From NCBI GenBank assembly GCA_964019335.1, contig OZ025657.1:496001-560000 (forward strand): a stretch of DNA of 64,000 bases, read 5' to 3'. Position 1 is the stretch's first letter; the number at the start of each line of letters is the position of its first letter. A program made the position numbers and the translations under genes. The notes under the pieces were generated by a model. That model worked only from the letters and a program-made list of their open reading frames with translations, had not been told where the DNA came from and did no database searches. This document shows positions 9,800 through 21,196 of the stretch, piece by piece. This stretch comes from Diplonema japonicum (lineage: Eukaryota; Protista; Euglenozoa: Diplonemea).

Positions 9800-12555
9800 T
9801 TTTTTTTTTGTGGGGTTCCTTTTTTTTTTTTTTTTACTTAGTGTTGTTGGGGTCATTTTCTTTTTTTTTGCTTGTTGACCATTGTGGGTTCAGGTGATGT
9901 GGAAAATGGACACTTTTTAAGGACCTTTTTTTTGGGGGGGTGAGCAAAGTCGACGAACATAGAAAGTAAGAAATGGGGAAAAGAAAGAGAAAAAAATGTT
10001 TGTATGGTACGTGATTTCTTTCCCCCCCATAATTCTTTGGGTTGGGCGACTGCGGGGGGGGGGGGGTAAAAATGTGAGCAGTTAATTGTGCAAAAAAAGG
10101 AAAAAAGAAGGGAACTAACGATACTGGGGGGGGTTGGTTTTTTTTTTTCTTTTACTATCTCTCCCCTCTTTCGAAGTGCGCCCCCTCCCCCCCCACCCCA
10201 TTTTTTTCTTTATTTTTTTTTGCTTTCTTATCGGAAGAAGGGGAAAAAAAAGGGCGAGCGAGGGGATTTCAACAAAAGAACGCCGGGAGTATCGCGAAAC
10301 AAAAATAAGAAAAATAAAAAAAAACTCTTTCCTTTTTTTTTTTTTACCCAATAGAGGGGTCTCACACGGGTAGTTGTTTTCTTTTTTTTTTTTCTTCTTT
10401 TTTTTTTAATTCTTCTTTTTGTTTCTTCGAGTTTTTCTCCCTTAGGATGAGGTAACAAGAAAGAAATGAACGGCAGACAAAAAAAAAACGGGAAAAAAAA
10501 AAAAGCAAAACAAAAAACCTGGTTGAGAAAAAGTAAAGAGGAGACAGAAGGAATAAAGAGAAATGGAAAGAAAGAAAAAAATGGGGAAGTCAACCGAAAG
10601 TGCTGATAGAGAGATGAAAAAAAAAAAAGAAATAGAATTTCCAAAGGTTGTGTGAACCCAATGTTTTGCCTCCCAAATGAGAATAGCAAAGAAAATATTT
10701 CTTCTTTTTTTTTTAATATGGCGATGGAAAAAAAAAAAGAGAAAAAAAAACAACTGAAATAGCAGTTAGTAGGAGTAAGAATGGATAGGGAAATGTCTAA
10801 AATTTTCAAAAAAAAATCCAAAAAAAAAGAAAAAAAGATTTTGAGTTTTTCAAAAATTTATCCTTTTTTGTCTTCTTGATGAATTTTTCTTTTTTCTAAA
10901 ATTAATCGGATGTTTAAAAAAAAAAAAAAATTAACTTTAAAAAAAATTATTTTAAGTATAACAATGAAAATTGATAAGTTCGTAAGTAAGTGCGCGGGGG
11001 AAAAAAAAAAAAAAACTAGTTTGGCGCTCCATTTGTTTGTGCGCACGAGCTAATAAAATAGCTCATTACGCTGCCATCAACTAGTTTTTAGTCTCGACAA
11101 TAATATTGTTAAAACAAAAAAAAAAGAAGAAAAAAAATGAGGGGGTGAAAATGCGCTTTGGTTCCCCTTCAAAAATCGAGAAATTTGAAGAAATGGAAAA
11201 AAAAAAATTGAAATTTCGGTTTCTCCCCATCGGGACAGGGGGAAATAAAATAAAATTTAGGAGAACAAAAAAAAATGTTGTGTGAAGAAGAACAAGGAAA
11301 TCGATTTAAAAAAAAAAAAAGGAATATATACCGGTGGCATAGAGCCCCGAAATTAAGAACTTCGAGAAAAGAAAAAAAAAATAAGTTTTTTTTTTTTTTT
11401 TTCTTGCCGCGCGCACACGCAACTTTCTGGAAAAAGGCAGGTGCAGCCACCTTCAAGCAGCAACAATAAAAAAAGTGACATCTCACTTCCCCCCACCCCA
11501 CCCCCCCCACCCCTTGTTGTCGAGGTACGCAAAAGTATAAAAGGGGGGGTGAGGTGAAAAGAAAAAGAAGAGGGGAAAGCCAAAACAAAACAGATGCAAA
11601 AAAAAAAAAAAAAAAAAAATGATTTTGCTTTTCTTGTGTTTTCTTTTTTTTTTAAAAGTTCAAATTGTGTATCTGTGAGCAGCTTTGAGGTGCACAGTGA
11701 CCAGGCGAAAAAAGAGAAAAGAAAAAAAAGAATTGATGTACAGTCTGGGATTGGGAATTGAGGAGAAAAAAAAAATAATGATTTCTTTTTTTGTTCAAAG
11801 CCAGGTTCTATACAAAAGAGGGGAGGGGAAGATTAATGAAAATGAAGGCGGTTTTATCTGTCAAAAAAAAAATGAAGAGCAAAAAAAAAAAAAAGAAGAA
11901 AGAGCGGGGATATAAAAAAAAAGGGGGGGCTTTAAAAAAGTTATGAAAAAAACAACATAAAAAAGAGAATGAGCACAATACCTTCAACCGCCACCGCCCA
12001 GGAGTACCATGGTGGATCGGGGGAGAAACAAAAGGTGCACTCATTTCAACTTTTCTCATTATTTCCTTCTTTTTCTTTTTTTCTTTCCCCCCCTTTTCTT
12101 TTTGTCCCCCCCCCCTCTTCTTTTCTTCCATTCTTCCTCTTCAGTTTTCTATTTAAAATTTAAATTCTTTATGAAGATGGAAAAAAAAAAAATACCTGCA
12201 GTAATGCCACCCGCGTTAAAAGGGGGAGGGGGGAACTTTAAATGAACCACCATATAAAATGAGGGGAAAATAGTTTCTAAAACCTTTTCTTCGCCAATAA
12301 AAAAAAAAACTGGTGTCCAAGAAGGGGAATATAAAAAAAAAAAATAAAAAAAAATTGAAACAAAGATTTCTAAAGTCACGGTACTTACACTATTCATTCT
12401 TTAAAAAAAACTTCCAAAAAAAAAAAATTCTTTTGATGAGCGCAGAACTTAGCGGCACTCTTCCTTTTATAAATATCGCCCGTGCTTTCATTGGTTCCCT
12501 TTTTTTTGGGGGGGGGAGAGGAGTGGGGAGCAACAATAAAAAGAAAATAAATAAA

Positions 12556-14064
12556 TTAGCAATCCATCGCATCCTCTTTAACAAGAGCAAGCAACCGCCG
12601 GGCTGCAGCCTCGATGGCAGCTGCAGTAGGAGTCAGCTCCTCAGTCGGGTCCGTGGTTTTCCCTGCCCACAGGTTCTGGAGAAGAGTCTTCATCGATATA
12701 TTGCAAGGTTCGGCGATGGCATCAGCAAGGCTGTTGAGGGACTGGACAACAATCTGGTCAGGCGAAGCGGGATCAGTACCTTCAGGCAGCTGCTCCCCAA
12801 GGATCCTGTTCCTGTGCTGGATGAGGTCTTCCGACACAAGTCCATGAAACAAGCTCCTTGTCCCCCCCACGCTGTTCTGCACCAGCCTCTCGTGGATCCC
12901 ATTGAAGCTCGTCTTGCAGCACTCCACCTCAATGCCCCCCGCAGTGTTCATGTCACACATGATGTCATGGATAACCACCTCATCCGACTCCGCCTCCTTA
13001 AGAGGAAAAGGTGTGTCCTGAACACAAACCTCATGCTTCCTGAAGTCGAAGTTCGAGTAAAACCTGAAGAACTCCGTGACGACCCACTGGAGGTTGTAGA
13101 AGGAAGGGTGGGTCCTGCTGTGTTCGAGGAATGCGAGGGACATGATAAGGAGGGCCTTCTCGGGGATGGCACAGGCGTTGCTGGAGCTCCTGAGGAGAGC
13201 GATGATGACGGGGACGATGGCGCGCTGTGTCTTGTACTTGTTGAGGGCCATCTGCATGACGGAGACCTCCTTCCGCTCGGGACAGGACCCGCTTCGGAAG
13301 GTGATGTTCACCTTGAAGTAGGACGATGCCCACCGCCCGTTCACAACAGCCATCTGGCAGGAGTCGAATGTCACGAAGGGCTGGTCCCCGCGCATGTGGA
13401 TGCAGGTCATCACCCCCACTGTCGACAGCACCGTCGCCAAGCGGGTCTGGTACTCCCCTGGGTACGCATCCACGCCCCCCTCCACAACGAGGTCCAGGTC
13501 CGTGTCGAAGGCGTCCAGGTTCACAGCGCACTGGCCCGTCACCTTCGTCGTCGCCTCTCGCTCGATGTTCTCCATCACGAAGTGTTGTATCAAGTCCCTC
13601 ATCGCCATCCTCTGCGAGCGCTGCAGGTTGTTGGGTGCCATGAAGGAGCCCAGCGCCTCGACTTCGCTGCAGTCCCTCACGCCATGCATCCAAGGCTTGT
13701 CCTCTTCGCTTTTGTCATCGTCGGTGATAAGGATCCTGAGCTCCGCCTCGCCGTGTGCGAAGGGGCAACGCCTTCTTCTGCAGCGGTTCTCCTGCCACAG
13801 CTTGCAGAGCTTTGTCTTCCTGCGGCCCCTCGTTGTCTGCACGATGGGGTCCACTACTTCCATCACTGTGGGGTCCTTTGCCTTCACGAGCTCCTCGCAT
13901 GCAAGGCACGTTTCGACAGGTTGCTGCGCAGGGGCAACAACAGCCTCGCACCTCCCGTCACTGCACGGCACCTCCTCGATCGGGGCGGGCTCCTCGAGAG
14001 GCCTGGCAGGTTGCCACGGCATCTCAGGCAAGAAGCCATACGCGGGAGCGGCCATAGACGGCAT
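12556..14064 (-). CDS. CCCH zinc finger + non-canonical poly(A) polymerase/TUTase-like nucleotidyltransferase (paralog A)
   Basis: KTKLCKLWQENRCRRRRCPFAHGEAEL; GQ-x9-DLD NTase-like motif; PAP-associated-like 'EFFRFYSNFDF'. Confidence 0.75.
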   Translation of the reverse strand: MPSMAAPAYGFLPEMPWQPARPLEEPAPIEEVPCSDGRCEAVVAPAQQPVETCLACEELVKAKDPTVMEVVDPIVQTTRGRRKTKLCKLWQENRCRRRRCPFAHGEAELRILITDDDKSEEDKPWMHGVRDCSEVEALGSFMAPNNLQRSQRMAMRDLIQHFVMENIEREATTKVTGQCAVNLDAFDTDLDLVVEGGVDAYPGEYQTRLATVLSTVGVMTCIHMRGDQPFVTFDSCQMAVVNGRWASSYFKVNITFRSGSCPERKEVSVMQMALNKYKTQRAIVPVIIALLRSSSNACAIPEKALLIMSLAFLEHSRTHPSFYNLQWVVTEFFRFYSNFDFRKHEVCVQDTPFPLKEAESDEVVIHDIMCDMNTAGGIEVECCKTSFNGIHERLVQNSVGGTRSLFHGLVSEDLIQHRNRILGEQLPEGTDPASPDQIVVQSLNSLADAIAEPCNISMKTLLQNLWAGKTTDPTEELTPTAAAIEAAARRLLALVKEDAMDC

Positions 14065-16129
14065 CTTGTGATGTGTGGTGCCTGACTGGGTACATGAGTA
14101 AGATGGATTAGGGAGAAAAGAAAAAAAGAAACCTTAAAAGGAAAAGAGGAACAACATAGCATAAGGGAACACAAAAAAAAAAAAAGATTTTCGGGGGAGA
14201 ATGAAAGCTTCGTGTCCTACCCCCTCGAGCCCAAGGTTTGCGCTGCAAAAAAAAGGAAAAGAAAAGAGAAAAAAAAAGACCTTGCCCAAACAACAGTGCG
14301 AATGAGAAGGGTAAAAAAAAAAAAAAAAAAAGTTGTCTCGATTTTAGTGGTGCCATGCAGTATGTGACACAGCGGCCACCCTTGTGAAACTTCGCCCCGA
14401 AGCCTCCCAAGTCCCCTGTGGTCCCGTAGAAAGTAAAAGTGGAGAGGTAAAGAAAGCTTGGAAATTGAAATAGGGAGAGGGGCCACAGAAGCAATTAAAC
14501 ACCAACTGGAGAGTTGTGGGAGGCTTGCTTCACTGGCACGATGCCGCGGGGAGGCTACTTGCCTGACCTGGTGAAGCCACCTCCTTGTTCGATGTAATGG
14601 GATAAGGGACTCTCCGTTGAGGGCGATGCTAACTGGCGCCACGCGTAGGGTGGGCTCTCCACCCCCGTCCAGGTTTCCCCACGTGTACGGCTTTAGAACG
14701 AGAGTTTCCCTTTCGCTTGTGTTTCTCCAAACCACAATTACCAGGAACCACCACAGGGAGGTTGGAAACATTGGTCCCCAAAAAAAAAAAATGAATAAAA
14801 AGAAGAAAGTTATCGAGGAAGGAAGAAGAAAAAAAAGGGGGAGGAAGTGAGTCCAGGGGGTTTTTTTTTTCTTATTATTGTTCCTTTTGGTTTCCATTTA
14901 CCCCCCTTTTTTTTTTCCCTGGGTCGGAAACATAGCTCTCCTCTTTAATTTCTTCTCCTTCTTCCTTCTTCATTTTCGTGCGTTCATTTTTTCTTTTCCG
15001 CGGGGGGGGGGGGGGGGGGGAGAAGACTGAGTTAAAAGGGGAGGGGGAAAAATGCGAGCAAGAAAACTACGGCCCTTGTTAGGACAGGCAGTTCAAAGCA
15101 AGCAGGGTGAAATTTGGGACCTCACAACAGAAACCTGTTCTTGAGACCCAAAGACCAAGCACCACCGGTTCCCCCCGGCGGCGGGATGGACGGAAGGGGG
15201 AAACAAGATGCTTGAATGCAGTGCCAAAAAGCGACCCCTAGATTTCTTCCATGCCCACCAATGAGGCCTCCGGTGTACAGGGTGGGCAATAATAAGGGAA
15301 CAGGAGATTTTTTTTTTTTTTTTTTTTTTTTGGTTGCATTAAAGCCTTGCGACCCCCATCCCATCCAAAGGAGAGGGAGAATAATAAAAAAAATATAAAA
15401 AAAAAGGGACATCGGAAACTTTTTTTTATGAACGGGGATTCATTTTATTCTATTCTTTTTTTTTTTTTTTTTTTTTTTTTCCTCTTGTGCCTCCCCCCTC
15501 TTTTATTTTAAATCTAAAACGCGTTATTTCCCTAAAGTGTCCCAAGCTATAACTTAGAGAGATGAAACGAGAAAGAGAAGTATAAAAAAAGGGGGGGGAG
15601 AACAAACCCCTATTCCAGCTTATCTAGTACATGACTTTTCGAGCAAGGTGAACATGGATAAAAACAAGGAATGGAAACTTTAACTTTTTTTTTTTTCCAA
15701 AAAACCCAGCTGGTGTGGGGCATTCCCAAAAAGGAGGGAAAGCGGCCCATCACCTGGCGTGTGCTAGGAAAAAAAGGAATAAGACCGGTATTTTTTCTTG
15801 TGGGTATTAATTAATAGTGAATGGACCCGCCCTTTTTGTTGCAATAAATGTAGGGGGGGGGGGGGGGGGGGAAGAGAGAAGGGGGAAACAGAACTGAACT
15901 AAGGCAAAATAAAAAAATAAAAATCGGCAGGCACATTTCCTTTGCACGGGAGCAAGGGAGGCATTTAGGAGAGAAAAAAAAAAGGTGATGGGTTTAAAAG
16001 GGGGTATATGAAAAAAAAAAAGTAAAGACTACAACCCTGTGACAACAAGGAAGCGATTAAGACAATCAAATAAAAAAAATGGAAGTAAAATCCTACAAGG
16101 AGCCGAGACCCCCCTTTGCAATATCTGAT

Positions 16130-16160
<31 letters not shown>

Positions 16161-16437
16161 ACATTTAAGGGTACCTGCGGTATGTGGCAGGACGCCTGAA
16201 AAAACAAAAAGCAATAAATTTTGCCGTGGGGTTGGGAAACGGGTTTTTGACTAAAAGGAACCCTTTTTTTTGTTTTGTTTTGTTTTGTTTTGTTGTGTTT
16301 CTCTTGTATTTTTTGTTTTGCTTTTTTTTTTTTTTTTTTTTTTTGTTTTGCTTTTTTTTTTTGTTTTTTCTCCTTGTCCACACACTTACTCCCAACCCTC
16401 AAGAAATGGCCTGCCGAGGGGAGGAAGAATGAAAGAT

Positions 16438-16484
<47 letters not shown>

Positions 16485-16493
16485 CGTGAAAGA

Positions 16494-17699
16494 TCACTCC
16501 TGGAACTCGCCGAGGAAGTAGTTCCTCTGATTCACCAGCTCATCAGACACAAGCCCGTGGAACAAACACTTATCACTAGCACTGTTTTGAGCCAGTTTGT
16601 TATAGATAACTGTGAAAGTTTTCTTGCACTTCGCCACCTCGTGCCCCGGTGCCATAATGACCCGGTCCATGAACCCCCTTATAATCACCTCATCCGACTC
16701 CGCCTCCTTAAGAGGAAAAGGTGTGTCCTGAACACAAACCTCATGCTTCCTGAAGTCGAAGTTCGAGTAAAACCTGAAGAACTCCGTGACGACCCACTGG
16801 AGGTTGTAGAAGGAAGGGTGGGTCCTGCTGTGTTCGAGGAATGCGAGGGACATGATAAGGAGGGCCTTCTCGGGGATGGCACAGGCGTTGCTGGAGCTCC
16901 TGAGGAGAGCGATGATGACGGGGACGATGGCGCGCTGTGTCTTGTACTTGTTGAGGGCCATCTGCATGACGGAGACCTCCTTCCGCTCGGGACAGGACCC
17001 GCTTCGGAAGGTGATGTTCACCTTGAAGTAGGACGATGCCCACCGCCCGTTCACAACAGCCATCTGGCAGGAGTCGAATGTCACGAAGGGCTGGTCCCCG
17101 CGCATGTGGATGCAGGTCATCACCCCCACTGTCGACAGCACCGTCGCCAAGCGGGTCTGGTACTCCCCTGGGTACGCATCCACGCCCCCCTCCACAACGA
17201 GGTCCAGGTCCGTGTCGAAGGCGTCCAGGTTCACAGCGCACTGGCCCGTCACCTTCGTCGTCGCCTCTCGCTCGATGTTCTCCATCACGAAGTGTTGTAT
17301 CAAGTCCCTCATCGCCATCCTCTGCGAGCGCTGCAGGTTGTTGGGTGCCATGAAGTTAGCAAGGGCGTTCACCTCCGTCGTCTCCTCGTCCACGTCCTTC
17401 ATCCAAGGCTTCTCTTCGCCCTGCTTGTCGTCTGCAATCATCACACGAATCTCCGCCTCGCCGTGTGCGAAGGGGCAACGCCTTCTTCTGCAGCGGTTCT
17501 CCTGCCACAGCTTGCAGAGCTTTGTCTTCCTGCGGCCCCTCGTTGTCTGCACGGGAGGCGGGGCATAGGGCGGACACGGCGCTGCTAAACAGATATCAAT
17601 CGGTACCCCCATCACAGGCTCGGGCATCACGGGCTCCGTCATTGCAATAGTATCATTATCCCAAGGGCCTACAGGCGCGGGGACAGCCATGCAAGGCAT
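16494..17699 (-). CDS. CCCH zinc finger + PAP/TUTase-like protein (paralog B)
   Basis: Core appears identical to paralog A at the DNA level; termini differ. Confidence 0.75.
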   Translation of the reverse strand: MPCMAVPAPVGPWDNDTIAMTEPVMPEPVMGVPIDICLAAPCPPYAPPPVQTTRGRRKTKLCKLWQENRCRRRRCPFAHGEAEIRVMIADDKQGEEKPWMKDVDEETTEVNALANFMAPNNLQRSQRMAMRDLIQHFVMENIEREATTKVTGQCAVNLDAFDTDLDLVVEGGVDAYPGEYQTRLATVLSTVGVMTCIHMRGDQPFVTFDSCQMAVVNGRWASSYFKVNITFRSGSCPERKEVSVMQMALNKYKTQRAIVPVIIALLRSSSNACAIPEKALLIMSLAFLEHSRTHPSFYNLQWVVTEFFRFYSNFDFRKHEVCVQDTPFPLKEAESDEVIIRGFMDRVIMAPGHEVAKCKKTFTVIYNKLAQNSASDKCLFHGLVSDELVNQRNYFLGEFQE

Positions 17700-18409
17700 T
17701 TTTTTATTTTTTTATATAAAAAAAGGGGGGTATCAGTGACCCGGTAACCTATATTTTTTTTTATACTAATAAAATAAAGTAACCCGAGTGTAAAGACAGT
17801 GAGGCTGGAGGGGGAGGGCAACAACTGCAAAGGACTTTGGGGGGAAAAAAGGGGGCTGAGGAGGGGCTAATTGCAGAGAAACCTTCTATTTTCTTTCTCC
17901 CTACCCCCTCCCCCTCACCCTTTCTTCGTGCCTTTTCATAAGACGCAAAAGTAAAATAAAAGATGGGGTACGAGGGGGGTAGGGTTGGACAACAGAGAAT
18001 GGGGAGTGGCGGGAAGGAGAAAAATAAAAAAAGGGAGGTGTGCTTTGGGGGAAACAATTGAACAACAAGGGGATAACTGTTACAAAGGTGGTGAGACTCC
18101 CTTTTCTTTTCGGTGGTAATCCTCGCCCTCCTCTCCAGTTTTCTTTTTTTTTTTTAACTTCTCTTGGAAAAAAAAAAACGAAAAAAAAAAAAAAAAAAAA
18201 ACTTACAATGGGAAATCGGAACTCTCGTACCGCGAAGAGTAGAGGCAAAGAGACTAGACTGGAGAGCTTCTAGAGGGGGGGGAGAAAAAAAAAGAAGAAA
18301 AAAGAGGGGCCACACCCTTGTGGTGGTGCATCTAAAGGAAGGGAAGAATGAAGGGGAGAGAAAAAGAAGAAAAAATGGCAAGTTTTTTTTTTTATTTTTT
18401 TTTATATGT

Positions 18410-18487
18410 TTACTTCAGTTTTCCTCCAGCTTGCAGCTGGCCGACCCCTAGGGCCTCGTCGTTTCCTTTGATATGGATGGGCTCCTG

Positions 18488-18523
<36 letters not shown>

Positions 18524-18802
18524 CCATCCATACATCATTGAACAAGAAGTCCATCAGGTCGTCGATTTTGACCTTCCCGTTGCTAGAGAGGTATGTCAGC
18601 TCACACATCAGTGCATCCACCTCTTCTTTCTTCAAAGGTTCACCAAGGCAGCAAAAGATACCCTTAAAAAAAGTTTCTTTTTTAAAACGTGACAAGTAGT
18701 ACATACGTTCAACTCACCCACGGACAACACCCCTTCGCTCCTATCGTCGAAGGCACAGAACGCACCGTACGCTGTTTCCCTGGACGGCTCCTTCTCAACC
18801 AT
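18410..18802 (-). CDS. Small EF-hand (calmodulin/myosin light chain-like) protein, 3 exons
   Basis: Removing GT-AG introns 18663-18706 and 18485-18533 gives MVEKEPSRETAYGAFCAFDDRSEGVLSVGELN|GIFCCLGEPLKKEEVDALM..GKVKIDDLMDFLFND|EPIH..LK*. Confidence 0.8.
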
Positions 18803-19099
18803 TTTTTTTTTATAAAGTGGAGGGCTTGTTCAATGCCTGTGATGGCATCCCAAAGAGGAAAGGTTCATATTTAAAAAAAAGTGGGGGGGGACTACAAGAG
18901 ACAAGGACGAACATTTTTTCTTCTTTTTTTTTTCTCGTTTTTTATATATTTTTATAAGTCTTTACACATTTGTATCCCAGAGCCCCCTCCGACCAAGTTT
19001 CAAAAAAAAAAAAAAAAACCACATTTCCTTTACAAGAAGTCAATACAAAAAAAGAAGAAAAGAAAGAAAAAAAAAGCTCGGTTTAAAAAATTTTACTGT

Positions 19100-21043
19100 T
19101 TATTTTTTCCTGACAACATAAGATTGTTTGCTTGTGATCATCTTCCACTCCAGCTCCTCATCAGTGGAAGTCAGCTCCCCAGCAGGGGTGTCGAGGAACA
19201 CCGTGAAAGGGGTCCGTGGGTCCCACAACGATTTGATGACGGTGAGCAAAGGGTTGCCCTGCACAGGAGGAATCCGCAAGTTAAAAAAAAAAGTGGAAGC
19301 AGGCGCATGAAGGGTGAGCTTAATACTCTTCACACCATCTAGAACAACTTTGGACGTGGGGGAGAATGAGATGTAAGAAAGGTCTTCCACCTTTTCGCGT
19401 AGACCATACACAGGGGTACCCCTTGTGAGTGCGTACTGTAAAGTGTCAGGCGACCACCCTGGGTGGATGGTGACATGGTGCTCTTCCTTATTGCTCACAA
19501 CCGTGATTGTTTTGCTGGGAAGAATTAGTTCGACATCATCGCCGTCTTTCAGTTTGTAGTAGTCCAGTTCCTTGCTGAATCTTACGTCGTTTTTATTGAC
19601 GTGGAGTTCCTTGCACCGGTCGTTCAGTTGCAGATCACGGTGTACCTTTGTAAGATGTTGTTTGGGTGTTTGGTCTGGTGTCAGTTCGAAAGGGGTCCCC
19701 TCCACGTCCCCCATCACTCGCGAGTCTGGTTTTATAAATATTTGTTTTGCCTGTACCACCAACCGACAGCACCCCCCCGTTTCGTTCAGTGATGTTTTGT
19801 AGGCCCCCGTCCCTGTTCTCCGTGACGGTAGTTTATCTGATATCTCTGGCGGTGCTACGTTTTTCAGAAACTCGTGGAACACCACAGATTTAAACACATC
19901 GTCGCCGTCGAGGTTGCGGTCCGCTGCCACATGAAACCCTTCCGAGAGGTACCCCATGCATGGTATTGACACCGCGACCACGCCCTCCGCCGGCGAGGGT
20001 TCCTTCTCGCACAGGACTTTGATGGAGTAGTTCTTTGTGATGGCAAAGCTCCCCAACGAAATATCAAACACCTGCGACACCTGCCTTGCAAGGTCGTCGT
20101 ATGAGTTATAACCGAACATCCTGCGCACGGTGCCCGAGGTGATGCAGGCCTCGTTTTTACATTGCATGACATGGTAAGTTGTGTCATGCTGCACAGTGCC
20201 CACCGCTACGGGCACCGAGTGCGATGCAACGTCGGAAGAAACGTGCAGAGCGATGGGGACAGCAAGCCCTAACAGGGTTTTGAGCGCAGCGTAGTAGTCG
20301 ATGTCGTGGTTGTCGAAGGCAAGAGTTGTGGTAGAAGGTGTCGGTGTGATGTCGGTCGTGACGTGAATTTGTTTGGGTTTTATGTGAACTGCCCACCTGC
20401 CGGTGTCTTCTGGGTCTTGCAGGAGCTCGTATGGGTGGCCGTTAGACACATGCACCCTTACGTACTCCTCAACGTCCGTGTGCGTAGAGCGCGTCACGAT
20501 TTCTTTAGTAAAGTATGTGTGGATCGACAACTGTGCCGCAACCTGTGCTTCCCTGATGACTAGGAACTTGTCGCCGTCGCAGCACTTAGTAGCACTTATG
20601 TATGTTGTCACGGCGCCTGTTTCCTCGTTCAAGAACTTCACCACTCCAGCCTCTTGGTCGGCGTACATATCCTTCAGTACCTGCTTCTGCGTGAGCGATT
20701 CGCCGTGGCGCATTAAGTAGGTTTTCGTCAGTGATTTTGTCTCGTCGGTCAGATGTACTTCTTTCAGCTTTGCTAGGTGTGTCACACCTTCACGTTCCAA
20801 AAGCAAGCTCCTTGCCTTCCTGGTGTCGAGCACGTGCGCCGTCTTGCTCCCCTCTTCGAAAAATATCCCGACATTTTCTACCACCAGCACCTCCTCGGGC
20901 TCCGGGTCTGCCAGCACTGCCGACCCTTCTTCTGCGTCTTCTTCTTGCTCCGTGTCCCCTCGTGCACGTTCATCTTCGCTTCTTTCAGCACGGCTCTCTC
21001 GTTCGCTCCGGCTACTTGATTCCTTGGAACTGCAACATCCCAT
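19100..21043 (-). CDS. Hypothetical dually acylated (MGCCSSK) protein, possible ubiquitin-like folds near the C-terminus
   Basis: Long ORF with a myristoylation/palmitoylation-type N-terminus at ATG 21043; 'LDYYKLKDGDDVELI' resembles the end of a Ubl domain. Confidence 0.75.
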   Translation of the reverse strand: MGCCSSKESSSRSERESRAERSEDERARGDTEQEEDAEEGSAVLADPEPEEVLVVENVGIFFEEGSKTAHVLDTRKARSLLLEREGVTHLAKLKEVHLTDETKSLTKTYLMRHGESLTQKQVLKDMYADQEAGVVKFLNEETGAVTTYISATKCCDGDKFLVIREAQVAAQLSIHTYFTKEIVTRSTHTDVEEYVRVHVSNGHPYELLQDPEDTGRWAVHIKPKQIHVTTDITPTPSTTTLAFDNHDIDYYAALKTLLGLAVPIALHVSSDVASHSVPVAVGTVQHDTTYHVMQCKNEACITSGTVRRMFGYNSYDDLARQVSQVFDISLGSFAITKNYSIKVLCEKEPSPAEGVVAVSIPCMGYLSEGFHVAADRNLDGDDVFKSVVFHEFLKNVAPPEISDKLPSRRTGTGAYKTSLNETGGCCRLVVQAKQIFIKPDSRVMGDVEGTPFELTPDQTPKQHLTKVHRDLQLNDRCKELHVNKNDVRFSKELDYYKLKDGDDVELILPSKTITVVSNKEEHHVTIHPGWSPDTLQYALTRGTPVYGLREKVEDLSYISFSPTSKVVLDGVKSIKLTLHAPASTFFFNLRIPPVQGNPLLTVIKSLWDPRTPFTVFLDTPAGELTSTDEELEWKMITSKQSYVVRKK

Positions 21044-21196
21044 TTTCCTGTGGAGATTCTTATGTGTGTTCACCGTGTGCTTGAACGGAATGCGAATTGA
21101 TGTGGATAGAAACTATCGCTAGGCGAAATGGACTGGCTAAAGAGATACGAGGATACGTACTTTGTGTGAAGTTCATCCACACAAAGCACCCATAAA

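Noticed and set aside
9900-12500. Many Lys/Phe-rich short ORFs, also in other spacers
   Set aside because: Translations of poly(A)/poly(T) tracts.
14555-14565. CTACTTGCCTG resembling the U1 snRNA 5' end
   Set aside because: No downstream U1-70K loop, U1A loop or Sm site.
12313-17588. Long plus-strand ORFs (590 aa, 437 aa)
   Set aside because: Antisense shadows of the GC-rich CCCH-TUTase genes; they start in homopolymer DNA and have no recognisable motifs.
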